In this document: piece after piece, positions 30,210-41,255 of the stretch
How the letters are laid out: the number at the start of each line of letters is the position of its first letter
Numbering within the stretch: the first letter of the stretch is position 1
Assembly (NCBI GenBank): GCA_947476925.1
Contig: CANJSF010000001.1
Span: 145,470 to 209,469, forward strand
Direction: 5' to 3'
Origin: Rhodospirillaceae bacterium
GTDB taxonomy: Bacteria > Pseudomonadota > Alphaproteobacteria > Rhodospirillales > Rhodospirillaceae
DNA: 64,000 nt
Position numbers and translations under genes: made by a program
Notes under the pieces: model-generated
Told to the model about the DNA's origin: nothing
What the model saw: only the letters and a program-made list of their open reading frames with translations
The model's database searches: none

Positions 30210-32141
30210 TCAACCATCCGTTTGCGGGGTGGGTTGCTGGCCAAACCCTGGCGCACGCTGGCCACCCGCGCCGGCAGAGGGAACCGAGCTTCGCTTGCCC
30301 GGATCTCGCGGCTTTGGCGCCGATTTATCGCTGCGGTCGATTTTACCACCTGCAAACAAAGTCTCGATGTCGTCTCGGCTCAGGGTTTCATGTTCGAGTA
30401 GCCCTTGAGCAATGATCTCGAGCTGCTCGCGACCATCCAAGATAATCTTGCGCGCGGTTGCCTCACCTTCCTCGACGAACCGGCGAATTTCTTCATCGAT
30501 CAACAAGGCCGTCGCATCAGAGACGTTTTTGGTTTGTGTCACTGAACGCCCCAGAAACACTTCGCCCGAGTCTTCGTTGTAACGAAGTGGTCCCAATTTT
30601 TCGCTGAAACCAAACTCACTCACCATGCGGCGTGCAATGTCGGTCGCGCGGCGAATGTCGTCGGATGCGCCGGTCGTCACTCTATCCAGGCCAAACGTGA
30701 GTTCTTCAGCAACGCGACCGCCAAACAAACTAGCGAGCTGCGCTTTGATCTCGATTTTCGATTGGCTGTACTTGTCGCGCTCAGGCAACCACATCGTTAA
30801 GCCGAGTGCGCGCCCCCGTGGGATGATCGTGACTTTGTGCAAGGGCTCGTGGCCTGGCACGCGCAGCATCACCAGCGCGTGACCCGCTTCGTGATAGGCC
30901 GTCAGCTTCTTTTCATCTTCGGTCATGACCATCGAGCGTCGCTCGGCACCCATCATGACTTTGTCTTTGGCTTCTTCGAACTCGGCCATCCCGATCACGC
31001 GCTTGGCTTTGCGTGCAGCCAGCAAAGCCGCTTCGTTGACTAAGTTGGCAAGATCAGCGCCGGAAAAGCCGGGCGTGCCTCGCGCAATCACTTTCAGGTC
31101 AACATCAGCACCCAGCGGTGTCTTACGTGAGTGAACATGCAAAATGCGCTCGCGGCCCAAGATGTCGGGGTTCGGCACCACAATTTGGCGGTCGAAGCGA
31201 CCCGGGCGCAGCAATGCCGGATCAAGCACGTCAGGGCGGTTCGTCGCCGCGATCAGGATGACGCCGTCGTTGGCTTCGAAGCCATCCATCTCGACAAGCA
31301 ACTGGTTCAAGGTCTGTTCGCGTTCGTCGTTACCGCCGCCCAAGCCAGCGCCGCGATGGCGACCGACGGCGTCGATTTCATCGATGAAGATAATGCATGG
31401 CGCGTTCTTCTTGCCTTGCTCGAACATATCGCGCACGCGCGACGCGCCAACACCGACGAACATTTCGACGAAGTCAGAGCCCGAGATTGTGAAGAACGGC
31501 ACATTGGCTTCACCCGCAATGGCGCGAGCAAGTAATGTTTTACCGGTTCCCGGCGGGCCCACCAGCAACACGCCCTTAGGGATTTTTCCACCTAAGCGTT
31601 GGAACTTTTGCGGGTCGCGCAAGAACTCGACGATTTCTTCTAAGTCTGATTTGGCTTCTTCAACGCCGGCAACGTCTTCGAACGTGACGCGGCCTTGCTT
31701 CTCGGTGAGCAGCTTTGCGCGCGATTTGCCAAAACCCATGGCCTTGCCGCCGCCCGATTGCATTTGGCGCATGAAGAAAACCCACACACCAATCAGCAGC
31801 AGCATGGGGAACCATGAAATCAGAATGCTCCAGAACGACATTTCCCCGTTGCTTTGCGGCGCAGCCTTTACCACCACGCCACTCGACAACAGCGACGGCA
31901 CGAGGCTGGGGTCTTCCGGCGCATAGGTTCGGAAATCGCCGCCAGACTTGAACTGGCCCAGGATGTTCTGGCCTTGAATCGTGACTTCTTGAATTTCGCT
32001 GCGATCAACGGCCGCGCGGAATTCCGAGAACGGCATTTCCCGCGCTTGGCTGCGCGGACTGCTTCCCTGGAATAAATTGAACAAGGCCACCACGCTCACC
32101 AGAATGATGACCCAAAGCATAAGATTACGGCTGATGTTCAA
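30210..32141 (-). CDS. ftsH: ATP-dependent zinc metalloprotease FtsH
   Basis: Walker A GPPGTGKT, second region of homology, HEAGH zinc site. TTG 32141 ([15 protein letters not shown]) follows AAAGGG. The ORF-track start at 32210 is also TTG but has no SD. Confidence 0.96.
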   Translation of the reverse strand: MNISRNLMLWVIILVSVVALFNLFQGSSPRSQAREMPFSEFRAAVDRSEIQEVTIQGQNILGQFKSGGDFRTYAPEDPSLVPSLLSSGVVVKAAPQSNGEMSFWSILISWFPMLLLIGVWVFFMRQMQSGGGKAMGFGKSRAKLLTEKQGRVTFEDVAGVEEAKSDLEEIVEFLRDPQKFQRLGGKIPKGVLLVGPPGTGKTLLARAIAGEANVPFFTISGSDFVEMFVGVGASRVRDMFEQGKKNAPCIIFIDEIDAVGRHRGAGLGGGNDEREQTLNQLLVEMDGFEANDGVILIAATNRPDVLDPALLRPGRFDRQIVVPNPDILGRERILHVHSRKTPLGADVDLKVIARGTPGFSGADLANLVNEAALLAARKAKRVIGMAEFEEAKDKVMMGAERRSMVMTEDEKKLTAYHEAGHALVMLRVPGHEPLHKVTIIPRGRALGLTMWLPERDKYSQSKIEIKAQLASLFGGRVAEELTFGLDRVTTGASDDIRRATDIARRMVSEFGFSEKLGPLRYNEDSGEVFLGRSVTQTKNVSDATALLIDEEIRRFVEEGEATARKIILDGREQLEIIAQGLLEHETLSRDDIETLFAGGKIDRSDKSAPKPRDPGKRSSVPSAGAGGQRAPGFGQQPTPQTDG

Positions 32142-32281
32142 AGTCTTGACCCTTTTGACTGCGGCCTTATCGTCTATAGGCTTAAATAGTGCGCCAAACT
32201 CCTGGCGCAAGCCAATGATTTATCGACAAACAATGTGGTTTATACGGCTGCGACACCGGCCCAGATTTGTCCTAATTCACT

Positions 32282-33646
32282 TCAATCGCCCTGAGTTTGT
32301 GCCGAAAAGCCACCCGATACGCGTTCGGGGCCAAGATGGCGCATTGTAACAATGTCCGTCATATCAGCCCGCCACACCCCGGCATGGGGCATGCCAATGG
32401 GGCCAGCCTGATCTTCAATCACCGGCAGGCTTCGGCGAATACGCGATGGGATATCGGCCAACGCACCCCAACCACCGTGATCTTTCCACCAAATTTTATC
32501 GGCGACATCGTATGGGCGGACTCGCAAAAGTTGCCGCCCAGAAAGTTCTGGACGGAAAGTGAACTCAAAGCGCCCATCCCAAATCATGGGCTGCGATTGC
32601 ACCAGCTCAAAGGCCTCGCGCACGGCCGATGGTTCTCGGCAAAGTGAGATGCTGTCCCCCTCCCGCGAAATGCAGCAGCCATGCAATGTGATGGTCTTCA
32701 CGTGTTGGGCCTGAAGCTTAGCGTGAACACGCCTCAGTGCTTCAAATCGAGGCCCATACGTCTGGCCCCCAACACTTCGCAATAAATCGCTCAGCAGGCG
32801 TAATGAAACATCTTCCGGGGCTGCAAATAGTTTCGAGGCCGAGATCGCAACGCTTCCGTAAAGGCTCCAAATACATGCGGCCGCGTGAAGGTCGCTCACG
32901 AATTGGGACAATGCTGCCTTTGCGCGCTGTAAATGGGCAATGGTGCTCAAAACCCGCTCGCGCGTGAAGCCCTCGGACTCCATGATCGCGCGGGCTCGGC
33001 GGAACCGTGTGCGTGTATACTTGGCGCTATCGTTCGAGGGGTCGTCGATCCAGACCTGATTGGCGGCGCGGCATGTCTCTTCAAGGTCGGATTTGGAAAA
33101 CGCCAATAACGGGCGAATGAGTCTGACTTGATTAAATGATGTAACGACATCCATTCCGCCAAGACCATTCAACCCACTGCCACGCGCCAACCGCATAAAG
33201 AAGGTTTCAACTTGATCATCAGCATGATGTGCCAGCAGCAATGTGTGGCAAGTGTTGGCGCGGCACCATTGGGTGAGCAGGCCCAATCGCGCGTCACGCG
33301 CCGCGTCTTGGGCGCTGCGACCAAGCAGCCGCACAGCCTCTCCGTCGCGCCAATTTAAAATAGTGTGTGCAATGCCCCTGCTCTGCATCCAGGTTCCAAC
33401 TGCTGCAGCCTCAGTGGTTGATGCATCGCGTAAGCGATGATCAACCGTCAGGGCCGTGACCTCAACGCCGGTCCGTTGCGACCATTCGCTGGCAAGCAAA
33501 GTCAGCGCCATGCTGTCGGCGCCGCCTGAAACAGCCACCGCCAGTCGTTTGCCAACCGCAATCGGCTTCATCGCTTCGGCAAAGGCCTCGGCAGAGACCG
33601 GCAGCCCGTGCGAAGCATTTAGAAGCTGCGAGCGACTTACTGACAC
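32282..33646 (-). CDS. tilS: tRNA(Ile)-lysidine synthetase
   Basis: PP-loop AVAVSGGADSMAL. It sits between cpoB and ftsH. Confidence 0.9.
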   Translation of the reverse strand: MSVSRSQLLNASHGLPVSAEAFAEAMKPIAVGKRLAVAVSGGADSMALTLLASEWSQRTGVEVTALTVDHRLRDASTTEAAAVGTWMQSRGIAHTILNWRDGEAVRLLGRSAQDAARDARLGLLTQWCRANTCHTLLLAHHADDQVETFFMRLARGSGLNGLGGMDVVTSFNQVRLIRPLLAFSKSDLEETCRAANQVWIDDPSNDSAKYTRTRFRRARAIMESEGFTRERVLSTIAHLQRAKAALSQFVSDLHAAACIWSLYGSVAISASKLFAAPEDVSLRLLSDLLRSVGGQTYGPRFEALRRVHAKLQAQHVKTITLHGCCISREGDSISLCREPSAVREAFELVQSQPMIWDGRFEFTFRPELSGRQLLRVRPYDVADKIWWKDHGGWGALADIPSRIRRSLPVIEDQAGPIGMPHAGVWRADMTDIVTMRHLGPERVSGGFSAQTQGD

Positions 33647-34794
33647 TTCAGTTTTTGGCGCTCTTGTTGGGCGCTACGGCGAATTTGGTCACCCGCATCG
33701 GCATATTCTTTTGTCAGGCGCCCCAAAGCTGTGCACGCCCCTTGGGTTTGACCAATGTTGGCCATGGCCATGCCCAGTTTCAGCAAGTTGTCGGGGGCTT
33801 TATTGCTTTTCGGGTAGTTTTGATATCCGTTCAGAAATTCAACTGCGGCTTTTTGGTAATCGCCGCGCACGTAATGTGTTTCGCCGAGCCAGTACTGTGC
33901 ATTACCCGCGAGCGGGTCTTTTGGCGAGCGCTTCAGAAACTCGCGAAACGCCGTTTCAGCGCGCGTGTAATCTTGGCGTTTCAAGAAGTCGAACGCGTAA
34001 TCGTATTGCGCCTTGGGCGTGCCTTCAGGCAACACAACATCGCCTGCTGCGCCTCCGGTCACGCCAAGCTGACTGCCGGCCACGGGGCCCGGATTGGGAG
34101 CACGCTGAGGTGCGGGCTGTGCAGGCGGCGTTGTCGTTTGTGGGCGGGGCATGGCTGCAGGCTGATTTGGATCGGCCGGTAAAGGTTTGCCCGACTGATC
34201 TGTCACGATCGCCCCGAATGTATTTTCCCCGGGGGCCGAAGCGCGAACCGAACCATCAGCCAGCGGCGGAGGCGCAACCGGCGCGGGGCCACGTGATGCT
34301 GAAGGCGCTGGCGAAACAGGGCGCGAGAGGACGTTCGGATCATCAGGAATTGGCGCAGGCGCTTGACGTGGTGGCGTTTGCCCGACGCGCGGCGGCGGCG
34401 GCATTTGGCTCGGCGCAGTGCCGCCTTGTGTGCCCAACGACTGCTCTAACACTGCCAAGCGATAGTTGACATCGTTGGAGAGTTGATCGAGTTGCGTGGA
34501 CATTTGGCCGGTCTTGAAGCGTGCTTCCTCGATTTGGCCCGTAAGCTGTTCCACGAGTTGCTCAAGTTTAATGACACGCGCCTGGAGACTTGCGGCTTGC
34601 TCGCTCCCCTGCCCGGGCAATGCTTGTGTGGTCACGCCCCTGCTTGACGCCAAGGTTTGAATTTGCGCTTCAAGCTTGCGAATGCGGTCGTCCAACTCGC
34701 GCGCACTTTGCGCCGAGGCGGGCGTAGCCTGCCATGCCACAGCGCCGATGACGGCAACAAAAACGAAACGTCGGAGTACAGATAGGCGGGTCAT
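33637..34794 (-). CDS. cpoB: Tol-Pal system protein CpoB/YbgF with a long Pro-rich insert
   Basis: Signal peptide, N-terminal coiled coil (DDRIRKLEAQIQ...LEQLVEQLTGQIEE), a Pro-rich linker of about 130 aa, and C-terminal TPRs (YDYAFDFLKRQDY...NAQYWLGETHY). Confidence 0.88.
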   Translation of the reverse strand: MTRLSVLRRFVFVAVIGAVAWQATPASAQSARELDDRIRKLEAQIQTLASSRGVTTQALPGQGSEQAASLQARVIKLEQLVEQLTGQIEEARFKTGQMSTQLDQLSNDVNYRLAVLEQSLGTQGGTAPSQMPPPPRVGQTPPRQAPAPIPDDPNVLSRPVSPAPSASRGPAPVAPPPLADGSVRASAPGENTFGAIVTDQSGKPLPADPNQPAAMPRPQTTTPPAQPAPQRAPNPGPVAGSQLGVTGGAAGDVVLPEGTPKAQYDYAFDFLKRQDYTRAETAFREFLKRSPKDPLAGNAQYWLGETHYVRGDYQKAAVEFLNGYQNYPKSNKAPDNLLKLGMAMANIGQTQGACTALGRLTKEYADAGDQIRRSAQQERQKLKCQ

Positions 34795-34896
34795 TCTCAG
34801 TTATCCTCAGGCGAAGCACGATCGTCGCATCATATTAAAGCAGGAGAATTAAGGCACCAAGGTGTTGGACCTGATCATCCAAGTCCCAGAAACGAC

Positions 34897-34923
34897 TTGG
34901 GCCGCCCTAGCGGGGCGGCCCAA
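34897..34923 (-). terminator. GC-rich hairpin (candidate terminator/attenuator) between pal and cpoB
   Basis: ttgggccgccc-tagcg-gggcggcccaa gives an 11-bp perfect stem 24 nt after the pal stop. The U-tract is weak. Confidence 0.45.
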
Positions 34924-34946
34924 GCGAAACCAACATTCAGTGTTGA

Positions 34947-35438
34947 TTACTGAACAACAGATACGCCACGGCGGTTCTTCGTCCAGCAGCTTTCGTCAGA
35001 GGCGACGCAAGTCGGGCGCTCTTTGCCGTACGAGATCGTCTTGACGCGGCTGGCAGAAACGCCGAGCGAGGTCAGGTATTGCTTGGCGGCATTGGCGCGA
35101 CGTTCGCCCAAGCCCAAGTTGTATTCGCGGGTGCCGCGCTCATCGCAGTGGCCTTCAACGGTCACGGTGCGTGAGGGGTTTTGGTTCAACCAGGCAGCTT
35201 GGCCACGCAGAATGGCTTGAGCGTCAGCACGGAGTTCGAACTTGTCGAAATCGTACATGACGGTATTGCCAACAACGGTGTTGAAGTATTCAACCGAATC
35301 AGGCGCTGGGCCTGTTTTCGGCATCGTTGCAGCCGGCGGTGTTGCGGCTGTTGAGGTCGTGGTGGCTTCTTTCTTCGGGCTGGCGCAAGCAGCGAGCGCG
35401 ACTGCCACGATGACCGCGCTGATAAAGCGGATTTTCAT
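34947..35438 (-). CDS. pal: Peptidoglycan-associated lipoprotein Pal
   Basis: Lipobox VALAAC and the OmpA-like domain TVEGHCDERGTREYNLGLGERRANAAKQYL. Confidence 0.95.
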   Translation of the reverse strand: MKIRFISAVIVAVALAACASPKKEATTTSTAATPPAATMPKTGPAPDSVEYFNTVVGNTVMYDFDKFELRADAQAILRGQAAWLNQNPSRTVTVEGHCDERGTREYNLGLGERRANAAKQYLTSLGVSASRVKTISYGKERPTCVASDESCWTKNRRGVSVVQ

Positions 35439-35612
35439 TTTCTATATCCCCTAGCTGTACTGGAGTTGTCGTTGGTTGAGGTACTTAGCGAAATTGGCGC
35501 GCGAAATCTTTGAATTTCGGGCCCCCTTTTACCAATACCGCAGTGGGACGCAAGACCCTGTCTCTACGAATTGGCTGCATTTTTCTCTTATAACATATAA
35601 AGTTTTGAGGGT

Positions 35613-35648
35613 GTTGCAAAAAAGAATCACCTACCTAAGGTTTGCAAC
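35613..35648. repeat. Inverted repeat GTTGCAAA-N20-TTTGCAAC in the tolB-pal spacer
   Basis: Read directly: gttgcaaa (35613..35620) and tttgcaac (35641..35648) are exact reverse complements. They lie in a relatively AT-rich 268-nt intergenic region. Confidence 0.6.
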
Positions 35649-35706
35649 AACCCCCGAGGTCCTGGCTAAGCATGGCTGGCTATGATTATCGGCGCGCGCG
35701 CAGGAT

Positions 35707-37044
35707 TTACGGAATGAGCGGCGACCATGCCGGATCTGAAGCATCCTGCGGGGTTAAAATTTCCCTTTGATTATAACCAGTTAAGTCAATCGAAAAGAGT
35801 CGCGTCCGCCCGCCCGAGCCGTCAGAAGCGGTTTTGCCTTGGGCGAAATACATCAGCACGCGTCCATTGGGCGCCCAAGTTGGGGCCTCGACAAGATAGC
35901 CTTCTGCCAAAAGGCGCTCGGCGCTTCCGTCAGGCTTCATAACCCCAATGTAAAAGTTGCCTTGGTTAATGCGCGTGAAAGCGATGAGGTCTCCACGCGG
36001 CGACCACACTGGCGTTCCGTACTTTCCTTGCCCGAAGCTGATGCGCTGCACGTTCGAGCCATCGGCATTCATGGTGTAAAGCTGTTGGCTTCCACCTCGA
36101 TCTGAGTTGAACGTCAATTGATCACGATTGGGCGAATAGCTCGGCGAGGTATCAATCGACGGATGATCGGTCAGCCGCGTGGTTTTGCGTGTCCGTAAAT
36201 CCATTTCATAAATGTCAGAGTTGCCGTCTTGAGCCATGCTGAAAACGACTTTGTTGCCGTCTGGCGAAAAGCGCGGCGCGTAACTCATGCCCGGGAAATC
36301 CCCCAACACTTCTTGGCGGCCGGTGTCGATGTTGAACAAATACACGCGCGGTACGTTTCGGAAATACGAAAGATAAGTGATTTCTTGCGACGTGGGCGAA
36401 AACCGTGGCGTGAGAACTAAATTTGCCCCGTCTGTCAGGTAACGATGGTTGGCACCGTCTTGGTCCATAATCGCCAAGCGTTTGAGGCGTTTAATCGCAG
36501 GCCCGCTTTCGGCGATGTACACAATGCGCGTATCGAAGTAGCCGGTTTCACCCGTAATCGCCGTGTAAATGGCATCGGACATAATATGCGCCACACGCCG
36601 CCAATTTTCCGGCTGCGTGACATAAGCTTGGCCGACCATTTGCTGGCCGCCGTAAACATCCCACAACCGAAATGCGATGCGCAGCTGGCCCGAGGGCTGC
36701 GGCTCCACAACCCCTTGCACTAACGCTTGCGCGGCCAACGTCCGCCAGTCAGGAAAACGCGGCTGCACTTCCAGTGACGTCAGTTCCTGCATAAAGCCCT
36801 TCGGATCAAGCGGGCGGAACAAGCCCGAGCGTTCGAGGTTTTTGGAAATCACTTCGCTGACATCGCGGCCCACTTGCTTGCTTTGATCGTTCGAGCCCGC
36901 GAATACCGTGATGGCAATGGGCATCGGCTCGACGCGGCCACGCGTGATGTCGATCTTGACTTGAGCATGAACCGCCGAAATAGAGCTGAACGACATCATC
37001 GCCAGCACGGCCAGGGCAATAGCTACGAAGCGATTCATCATCAC
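35707..37044 (-). CDS. tolB: Tol-Pal system beta-propeller protein TolB
   Basis: 445 aa with a signal peptide and repeated propeller motifs ([48 protein letters not shown]). Confidence 0.96.
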   Translation of the reverse strand: MMMNRFVAIALAVLAMMSFSSISAVHAQVKIDITRGRVEPMPIAITVFAGSNDQSKQVGRDVSEVISKNLERSGLFRPLDPKGFMQELTSLEVQPRFPDWRTLAAQALVQGVVEPQPSGQLRIAFRLWDVYGGQQMVGQAYVTQPENWRRVAHIMSDAIYTAITGETGYFDTRIVYIAESGPAIKRLKRLAIMDQDGANHRYLTDGANLVLTPRFSPTSQEITYLSYFRNVPRVYLFNIDTGRQEVLGDFPGMSYAPRFSPDGNKVVFSMAQDGNSDIYEMDLRTRKTTRLTDHPSIDTSPSYSPNRDQLTFNSDRGGSQQLYTMNADGSNVQRISFGQGKYGTPVWSPRGDLIAFTRINQGNFYIGVMKPDGSAERLLAEGYLVEAPTWAPNGRVLMYFAQGKTASDGSGGRTRLFSIDLTGYNQREILTPQDASDPAWSPLIP

Positions 37045-37053
37045 GTCACCTAT

Positions 37054-37875
37054 CTAGTTAATTCGACCCTGAGGCCGGAACGTAAACTCAAGATCTTTAA
37101 GCTCATTATACCGCTGCAGAGGAATAGGAAGCTTCCCGCAACTTAATACAGCATTGCGCGCACTATTTGCGAATGTTCGAAATGCTGAATCAGAGAGATA
37201 GCGCCCCATGTCTACAATTTGTGCCTGCTGAACTGATCCGTCGGGATTGATAAAAACACGGATGTCGGCAGACAACTCTTCAACCCCCTCCGTGCCAGGA
37301 TCAATGCGCCAGCACGCCTCGATATGCGCAGCAATCGCATCTCGCTCGGTCATGGTCGCTTTTTCGGCAACGTTTGGCGTAATGACTTTCGCCGAATCGT
37401 TTGGCTTCGCCGTAGCAGCCTGCTGTTCTTTTTTGGTTTCTTTTTTCTGTAGGTCTTTCACCAACGACTGCAAATCAGCCCATTCATCTTTCTTAGGTTT
37501 GGGCTTTGGCTTGGGCGGTGGTGGCACCGGCTTGGGCGGCTCGACCTTGGCTTCTTCTTTCTTGAGCGGCTTCTGATCGGGCGGCGGCGGCATTTGGTCA
37601 GGCTGCGGCGGCGCGACCTCGGCCGCTTTGACCGGCTCGGGCTCCGGCTTAGGTTCTGGCTTTTCTTCTGGTGGCGGTGTCGGACGCGGCGGGGCGGCCG
37701 TAATGTCGTCGATGCTCACCAACTCCATAATGATGGGCGTATCGATGGGGCGCTCTTTCGACAGAAAAGGCATGCTCACGTACGTCGCGCCCACAACAGC
37801 AATATGGAACGCAAAGGACATCACCAGCCCTTGCGTTTGGCCTTGCTGAACAGATGTGTATGAGGAACGGCGCAT
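37054..37875 (-). CDS. tolA: Tol-Pal system protein TolA (TonB-like C-terminal domain)
   Basis: N-terminal TM helix, Pro/Lys/Glu-rich spacer (PEPKPEPEP...PPPPKPKPKPKK) and a small C-terminal domain. Its position is between tolR and tolB. Confidence 0.85.
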   Translation of the reverse strand: MRRSSYTSVQQGQTQGLVMSFAFHIAVVGATYVSMPFLSKERPIDTPIIMELVSIDDITAAPPRPTPPPEEKPEPKPEPEPVKAAEVAPPQPDQMPPPPDQKPLKKEEAKVEPPKPVPPPPKPKPKPKKDEWADLQSLVKDLQKKETKKEQQAATAKPNDSAKVITPNVAEKATMTERDAIAAHIEACWRIDPGTEGVEELSADIRVFINPDGSVQQAQIVDMGRYLSDSAFRTFANSARNAVLSCGKLPIPLQRYNELKDLEFTFRPQGRIN

Positions 37876-37901
37876 GCTGATCGAGCTAACTCACTTCATG
37901 G

Positions 37902-38366
37902 TCATCTTGGAGATCTAAGGGATTTTTTAGGCGGATCTGTGACAAAGGCGACCTTGGTAAAACCCGCCGCCTGAACTTCCGACATGGCAATCATCATGGT
38001 GCCGTAGGGTACATCTTTGTCACCGCGCACATAAATATTAAGGTCTGGGTTGGACTGTTTTGCGCTGGCCAACTTGGCGCGCAGGTCCTCCAGCGCCACC
38101 TTGTTCTCCGGATTATTGAGAAAAAAGGTTCCATCCTTTTGTACAAAGATGGTGAGCGGCTTGTTGTCTTGCGGCAGTGGTTTTGACTTCGCGGTTTGCG
38201 GCAAGTTGACGTTCACCCCCTTCGTCAGCAATGGCGCGGTGATGATAAAAATCACCAGCAGCACCAACATAACGTCGACCATGGGCGTGACGTTGATTTC
38301 AGCGATGGGGCTAAATGACCGCCGATTGGTTTTCCCACCGCCCGCCGATTTGATAAACGCGCCCAT
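37902..38366 (-). CDS. tolR: Tol-Pal system protein TolR (ExbD/TolR family)
   Basis: EINVTPMVDVMLVLLVIFIITAP TM helix with the conserved Asp. It follows tolQ. Confidence 0.93.
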   Translation of the reverse strand: MGAFIKSAGGGKTNRRSFSPIAEINVTPMVDVMLVLLVIFIITAPLLTKGVNVNLPQTAKSKPLPQDNKPLTIFVQKDGTFFLNNPENKVALEDLRAKLASAKQSNPDLNIYVRGDKDVPYGTMMIAMSEVQAAGFTKVAFVTDPPKKSLRSPR

Positions 38367-38369
38367 TGT

Positions 38370-39098
38370 CTAAGTACCCCGCACGTCAAGTTGACGCGAC
38401 AAGATGGCTCCAAACTCACCCGCGAAGTTTTCAAGCCGCACCGCATAGCGCCCAAGATCGCTTGAGATTTTGTTATAAGCGATGACCGCCGGAATGGCTG
38501 CGACCAGCCCGATGGCCGTGGCGAACAACGCTTCGGCGATACCCGGCGCAACGGTGGCCAAGCTGGTATCCGACGTCGCTCCGATGGACGTGAAGGTATT
38601 CATAATCCCCCACACCGTACCAAACAGGCCGAGGAACGGCGCGACCGAACCCGTTGATGCCAAAAAGATCATCCGCCGCTGGAGAATATCCATCTCGCGT
38701 TCGAGGCTAATCTTCATTACGCGGTCGAGACGCTCGCCCAATGTGCTAGCATTGCTGACGGCACCGGGCTTAGTGGCCGAACGTTTCCATTCGCGCATCG
38801 CCGCCACAAAAATAGCCGACATTGGTTCGCGCGGTTTTGCGCCAATGCGCTCGTACAGATCTTCCAATGAACTACCAGACCAGAATTTTTCTTCGAAGTC
38901 CTCGGCCTGGCGAAACAGCGAGCGCAAACGCAAAACTTTGTCAAAAATAATCGCCCAGCTCCACAGCGAGGCCAGCAGCAATCCAAGGATCACCGATTTG
39001 ACAATAAGATCGGCCTGTAAAAACAAGCTCCACGCCGACATGTGATTGACGGCATTGACGGCTGCAAATGCCGTTTCTTGAGTAATTGCGTTCTCCAT
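38370..39098 (-). CDS. tolQ: Tol-Pal system protein TolQ (MotA/TolQ/ExbB family)
   Basis: FLGLFGTVWGIMNTF and GIAEALFATAIGLVAAIPAVIAYN motifs. Confidence 0.95.
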   Translation of the reverse strand: MENAITQETAFAAVNAVNHMSAWSLFLQADLIVKSVILGLLLASLWSWAIIFDKVLRLRSLFRQAEDFEEKFWSGSSLEDLYERIGAKPREPMSAIFVAAMREWKRSATKPGAVSNASTLGERLDRVMKISLEREMDILQRRMIFLASTGSVAPFLGLFGTVWGIMNTFTSIGATSDTSLATVAPGIAEALFATAIGLVAAIPAVIAYNKISSDLGRYAVRLENFAGEFGAILSRQLDVRGT

Positions 39099-39119
39099 CT
39101 CTGATCCTACCCTATGCTC

Positions 39120-39596
39120 TTAAACACGTTGTTGCGTGATATATGGTTCTAAAACTTGGCGAAGAGAAGCGGGAAGTCGCGCCGCCCTGCCCTCGGCATT
39201 CATACAAACGACCTGAGAATGAAACTGTACCAAGTCTTCGGTGCGCTCTGGGGCCATACTTCGCCGAATGATTTGGCGGACCTTCATGGATGCTCCGGTG
39301 AGGTCCAATAACTCAGTCTCAACCAGCAAAACGTCATCGAGTTTAGCAGGCTTCATGTAATGCACGTCCGCCTTATAAACCGCAAACGCCAGGCCGGTTT
39401 CGGCGTGCATTTTGTTTTGATGAACTCCGATCATGCGCAACATTTCGGTACGTCCGCGCTCGGCGAAACGCAAATAGTTCGCATGATAGACAATGCCGCC
39501 CGCATCGGTGTCTTCATAATAGACACGCAACGGAAGCACATGGGTTTTGCCCTGCAAGTGACCTGCAACTGGAACATTTGAACTGGGCGTACTCAT
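39120..39596 (-). CDS. ybgC: Tol-Pal-associated acyl-CoA thioesterase YbgC (4HBT family)
   Basis: [30 protein letters not shown] hot-dog motif, in the position upstream of tolQ. Confidence 0.9.
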   Translation of the reverse strand: MSTPSSNVPVAGHLQGKTHVLPLRVYYEDTDAGGIVYHANYLRFAERGRTEMLRMIGVHQNKMHAETGLAFAVYKADVHYMKPAKLDDVLLVETELLDLTGASMKVRQIIRRSMAPERTEDLVQFHSQVVCMNAEGRAARLPASLRQVLEPYITQQRV

Positions 39597-40645
39597 GCCC
39601 CCTCACCGTCCAGCAGATCGAACTGCACATTTTCACGTCGCGGTGCGACGAGCCCAAGATGACGAAACCCCTTGTCACTGACAACGCGGCCGCGCGGCGT
39701 GCGTTGCAGAAACCCTTGCTGGATCAAAAATGGCTCGATGACATCTTCAATCGTCTCTCGTTCTTCCGATAAGGCTGCCGCCAGTGTATCCACACCGACC
39801 GGTCCACCGGCGTAGTTTTCCGCGATGCATGCCATGTACCGCCGGTCCATTGCATCTAGGCCAACCGCATCGACATCCAGCCGCTTCAGGGCCTTGTCAG
39901 CCACATCAACGTCAACTTGAGGTGCACCGGCGACCGAGGCAAAATCGCGCACGCGGCGCAGCAGTCGGCCCGCCACGCGTGGCGTACCGCGCGAGCGTTT
40001 CGCAATTTCAATGGCACCATCGTCGCTCATTGTGACGTCCAATACTCTGGACCCGCGCCGCACAATTTCGACCAACTCGTCGGGCGAATAGAATTCCAAC
40101 CGTAAGGGAATGCCGAAACGGTCGCGCAATGGGGTTGTCAGCAAACCCGAGCGGGTAGTGGCGCCGATCAGGGTGAATGGCTGCAACTCAATGCGAACAG
40201 ACCGCGCGGCTGGCCCCTCGCCAATAATGAGGTCCAGCTGAAAATCTTCCATTGCCGGATACAGCACTTCCTCTATGGCGGGATTAAGGCGATGGATTTC
40301 ATCGATAAACAAAACGTCATTGGCCTCAAGATTGGTCAGGATTGCGGCCAAATCGCCGGCGCGCGCAATCATCGGCCCCGAGGTCGCGCGAAAACCCACG
40401 CCCAATTCGCGAGCCACAATATGCGCCAGCGTGGTTTTGCCCAGGCCCGGAGGCCCGTGCAGTAGCACGTGGTCGAGCGGTTCTTTGCGGGCACGGGCCG
40501 CCGTAATGAACACCTGCAGATTTTCACGCACCGCCATCTGGCCAATAAAATCGGCGAGCTTTTTAGGGCGCATTGTGGCGTCGGCATCGTCCGGTTGGCG
40601 CGTGCCCGCGACCATGCGCTCGGTGTTCGGCTCAACCATCGACAC
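39593..40645 (-). CDS. ruvB: Holliday junction branch migration helicase RuvB
   Basis: Walker [10 protein letters not shown], Walker [10 protein letters not shown] and sensor motifs. Confidence 0.97.
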   Translation of the reverse strand: MSMVEPNTERMVAGTRQPDDADATMRPKKLADFIGQMAVRENLQVFITAARARKEPLDHVLLHGPPGLGKTTLAHIVARELGVGFRATSGPMIARAGDLAAILTNLEANDVLFIDEIHRLNPAIEEVLYPAMEDFQLDLIIGEGPAARSVRIELQPFTLIGATTRSGLLTTPLRDRFGIPLRLEFYSPDELVEIVRRGSRVLDVTMSDDGAIEIAKRSRGTPRVAGRLLRRVRDFASVAGAPQVDVDVADKALKRLDVDAVGLDAMDRRYMACIAENYAGGPVGVDTLAAALSEERETIEDVIEPFLIQQGFLQRTPRGRVVSDKGFRHLGLVAPRRENVQFDLLDGEGA

Positions 40646-41255
40646 TACCTAATTCGCGCAGCGACAGTTTGATGAGGCCCGCGACATTCGCGCCCGGGTC
40701 ATTTTGGGCTGCGCGCGCCACAGCGCTGTACGCCTCGGTGCGGCCATAGCCTAAGTTCACCAATGCTGAAACCGCATCTTCGGCAAACGAACGCCCGGCG
40801 GCGGCGCTTTGTTTATCTTTCGTCGGCGCGACTAGCTTGGCACCGAGATCAAACGCCATAAGCTTGCCCTTGAGCTCTAGCACAATTCGCGTGGCCAACT
40901 TAGGCCCAACACCCGAGGCACGCTTAAACGCGTTCTGATCTTGCGCCGCAACGGCTTGTGCAATTTGATCGGCCGACAACGACGACATAATTCCCAGGGC
41001 CACTTTTGCGCCCACGCCCTGCACGGTCATTAGTGTCCGAAACACGTCGCGTTCGCGTTGCGACAAAAACGCGTACAAATGAATGTGGTCTTCACGCACA
41101 TGCGTTTCGATGACGAGCTCGATCGCTTCACCAATGGAGGGCATTGCTGCAACTGTGCGCGCGGAACAAAATACTTCGTAACCAACCCCACCGACATCGA
41201 TGACTGCGCCATCTGTTCCGATGTGATCGACGCGGCCCTTTAATTTGCCAATCAT
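40632..41255 (-). CDS. ruvA: Holliday junction DNA-binding protein RuvA
   Basis: [13 protein letters not shown]...[12 protein letters not shown]-terminus and HhH motifs ([24 protein letters not shown]). Start set at ATG 41255. Confidence 0.95.
   Translation of the reverse strand: MIGKLKGRVDHIGTDGAVIDVGGVGYEVFCSARTVAAMPSIGEAIELVIETHVREDHIHLYAFLSQRERDVFRTLMTVQGVGAKVALGIMSSLSADQIAQAVAAQDQNAFKRASGVGPKLATRIVLELKGKLMAFDLGAKLVAPTKDKQSAAAGRSFAEDAVSALVNLGYGRTEAYSAVARAAQNDPGANVAGLIKLSLRELGSVDG

Noticed and set aside
33456-34469. 337-aa plus-strand ORF
   Set aside because: It is antisense to tilS and cpoB, both of which have clear family motifs. Its Arg/Ala/Cys-rich composition is typical of wrong-frame translation in GC-rich DNA.
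35476-35685. 69-aa plus-strand ORF in the tolB-pal spacer
   Set aside because: It starts with a non-ATG codon, has no SD and has an odd composition. It spans the inverted repeat, so it is more likely regulatory DNA than a gene.
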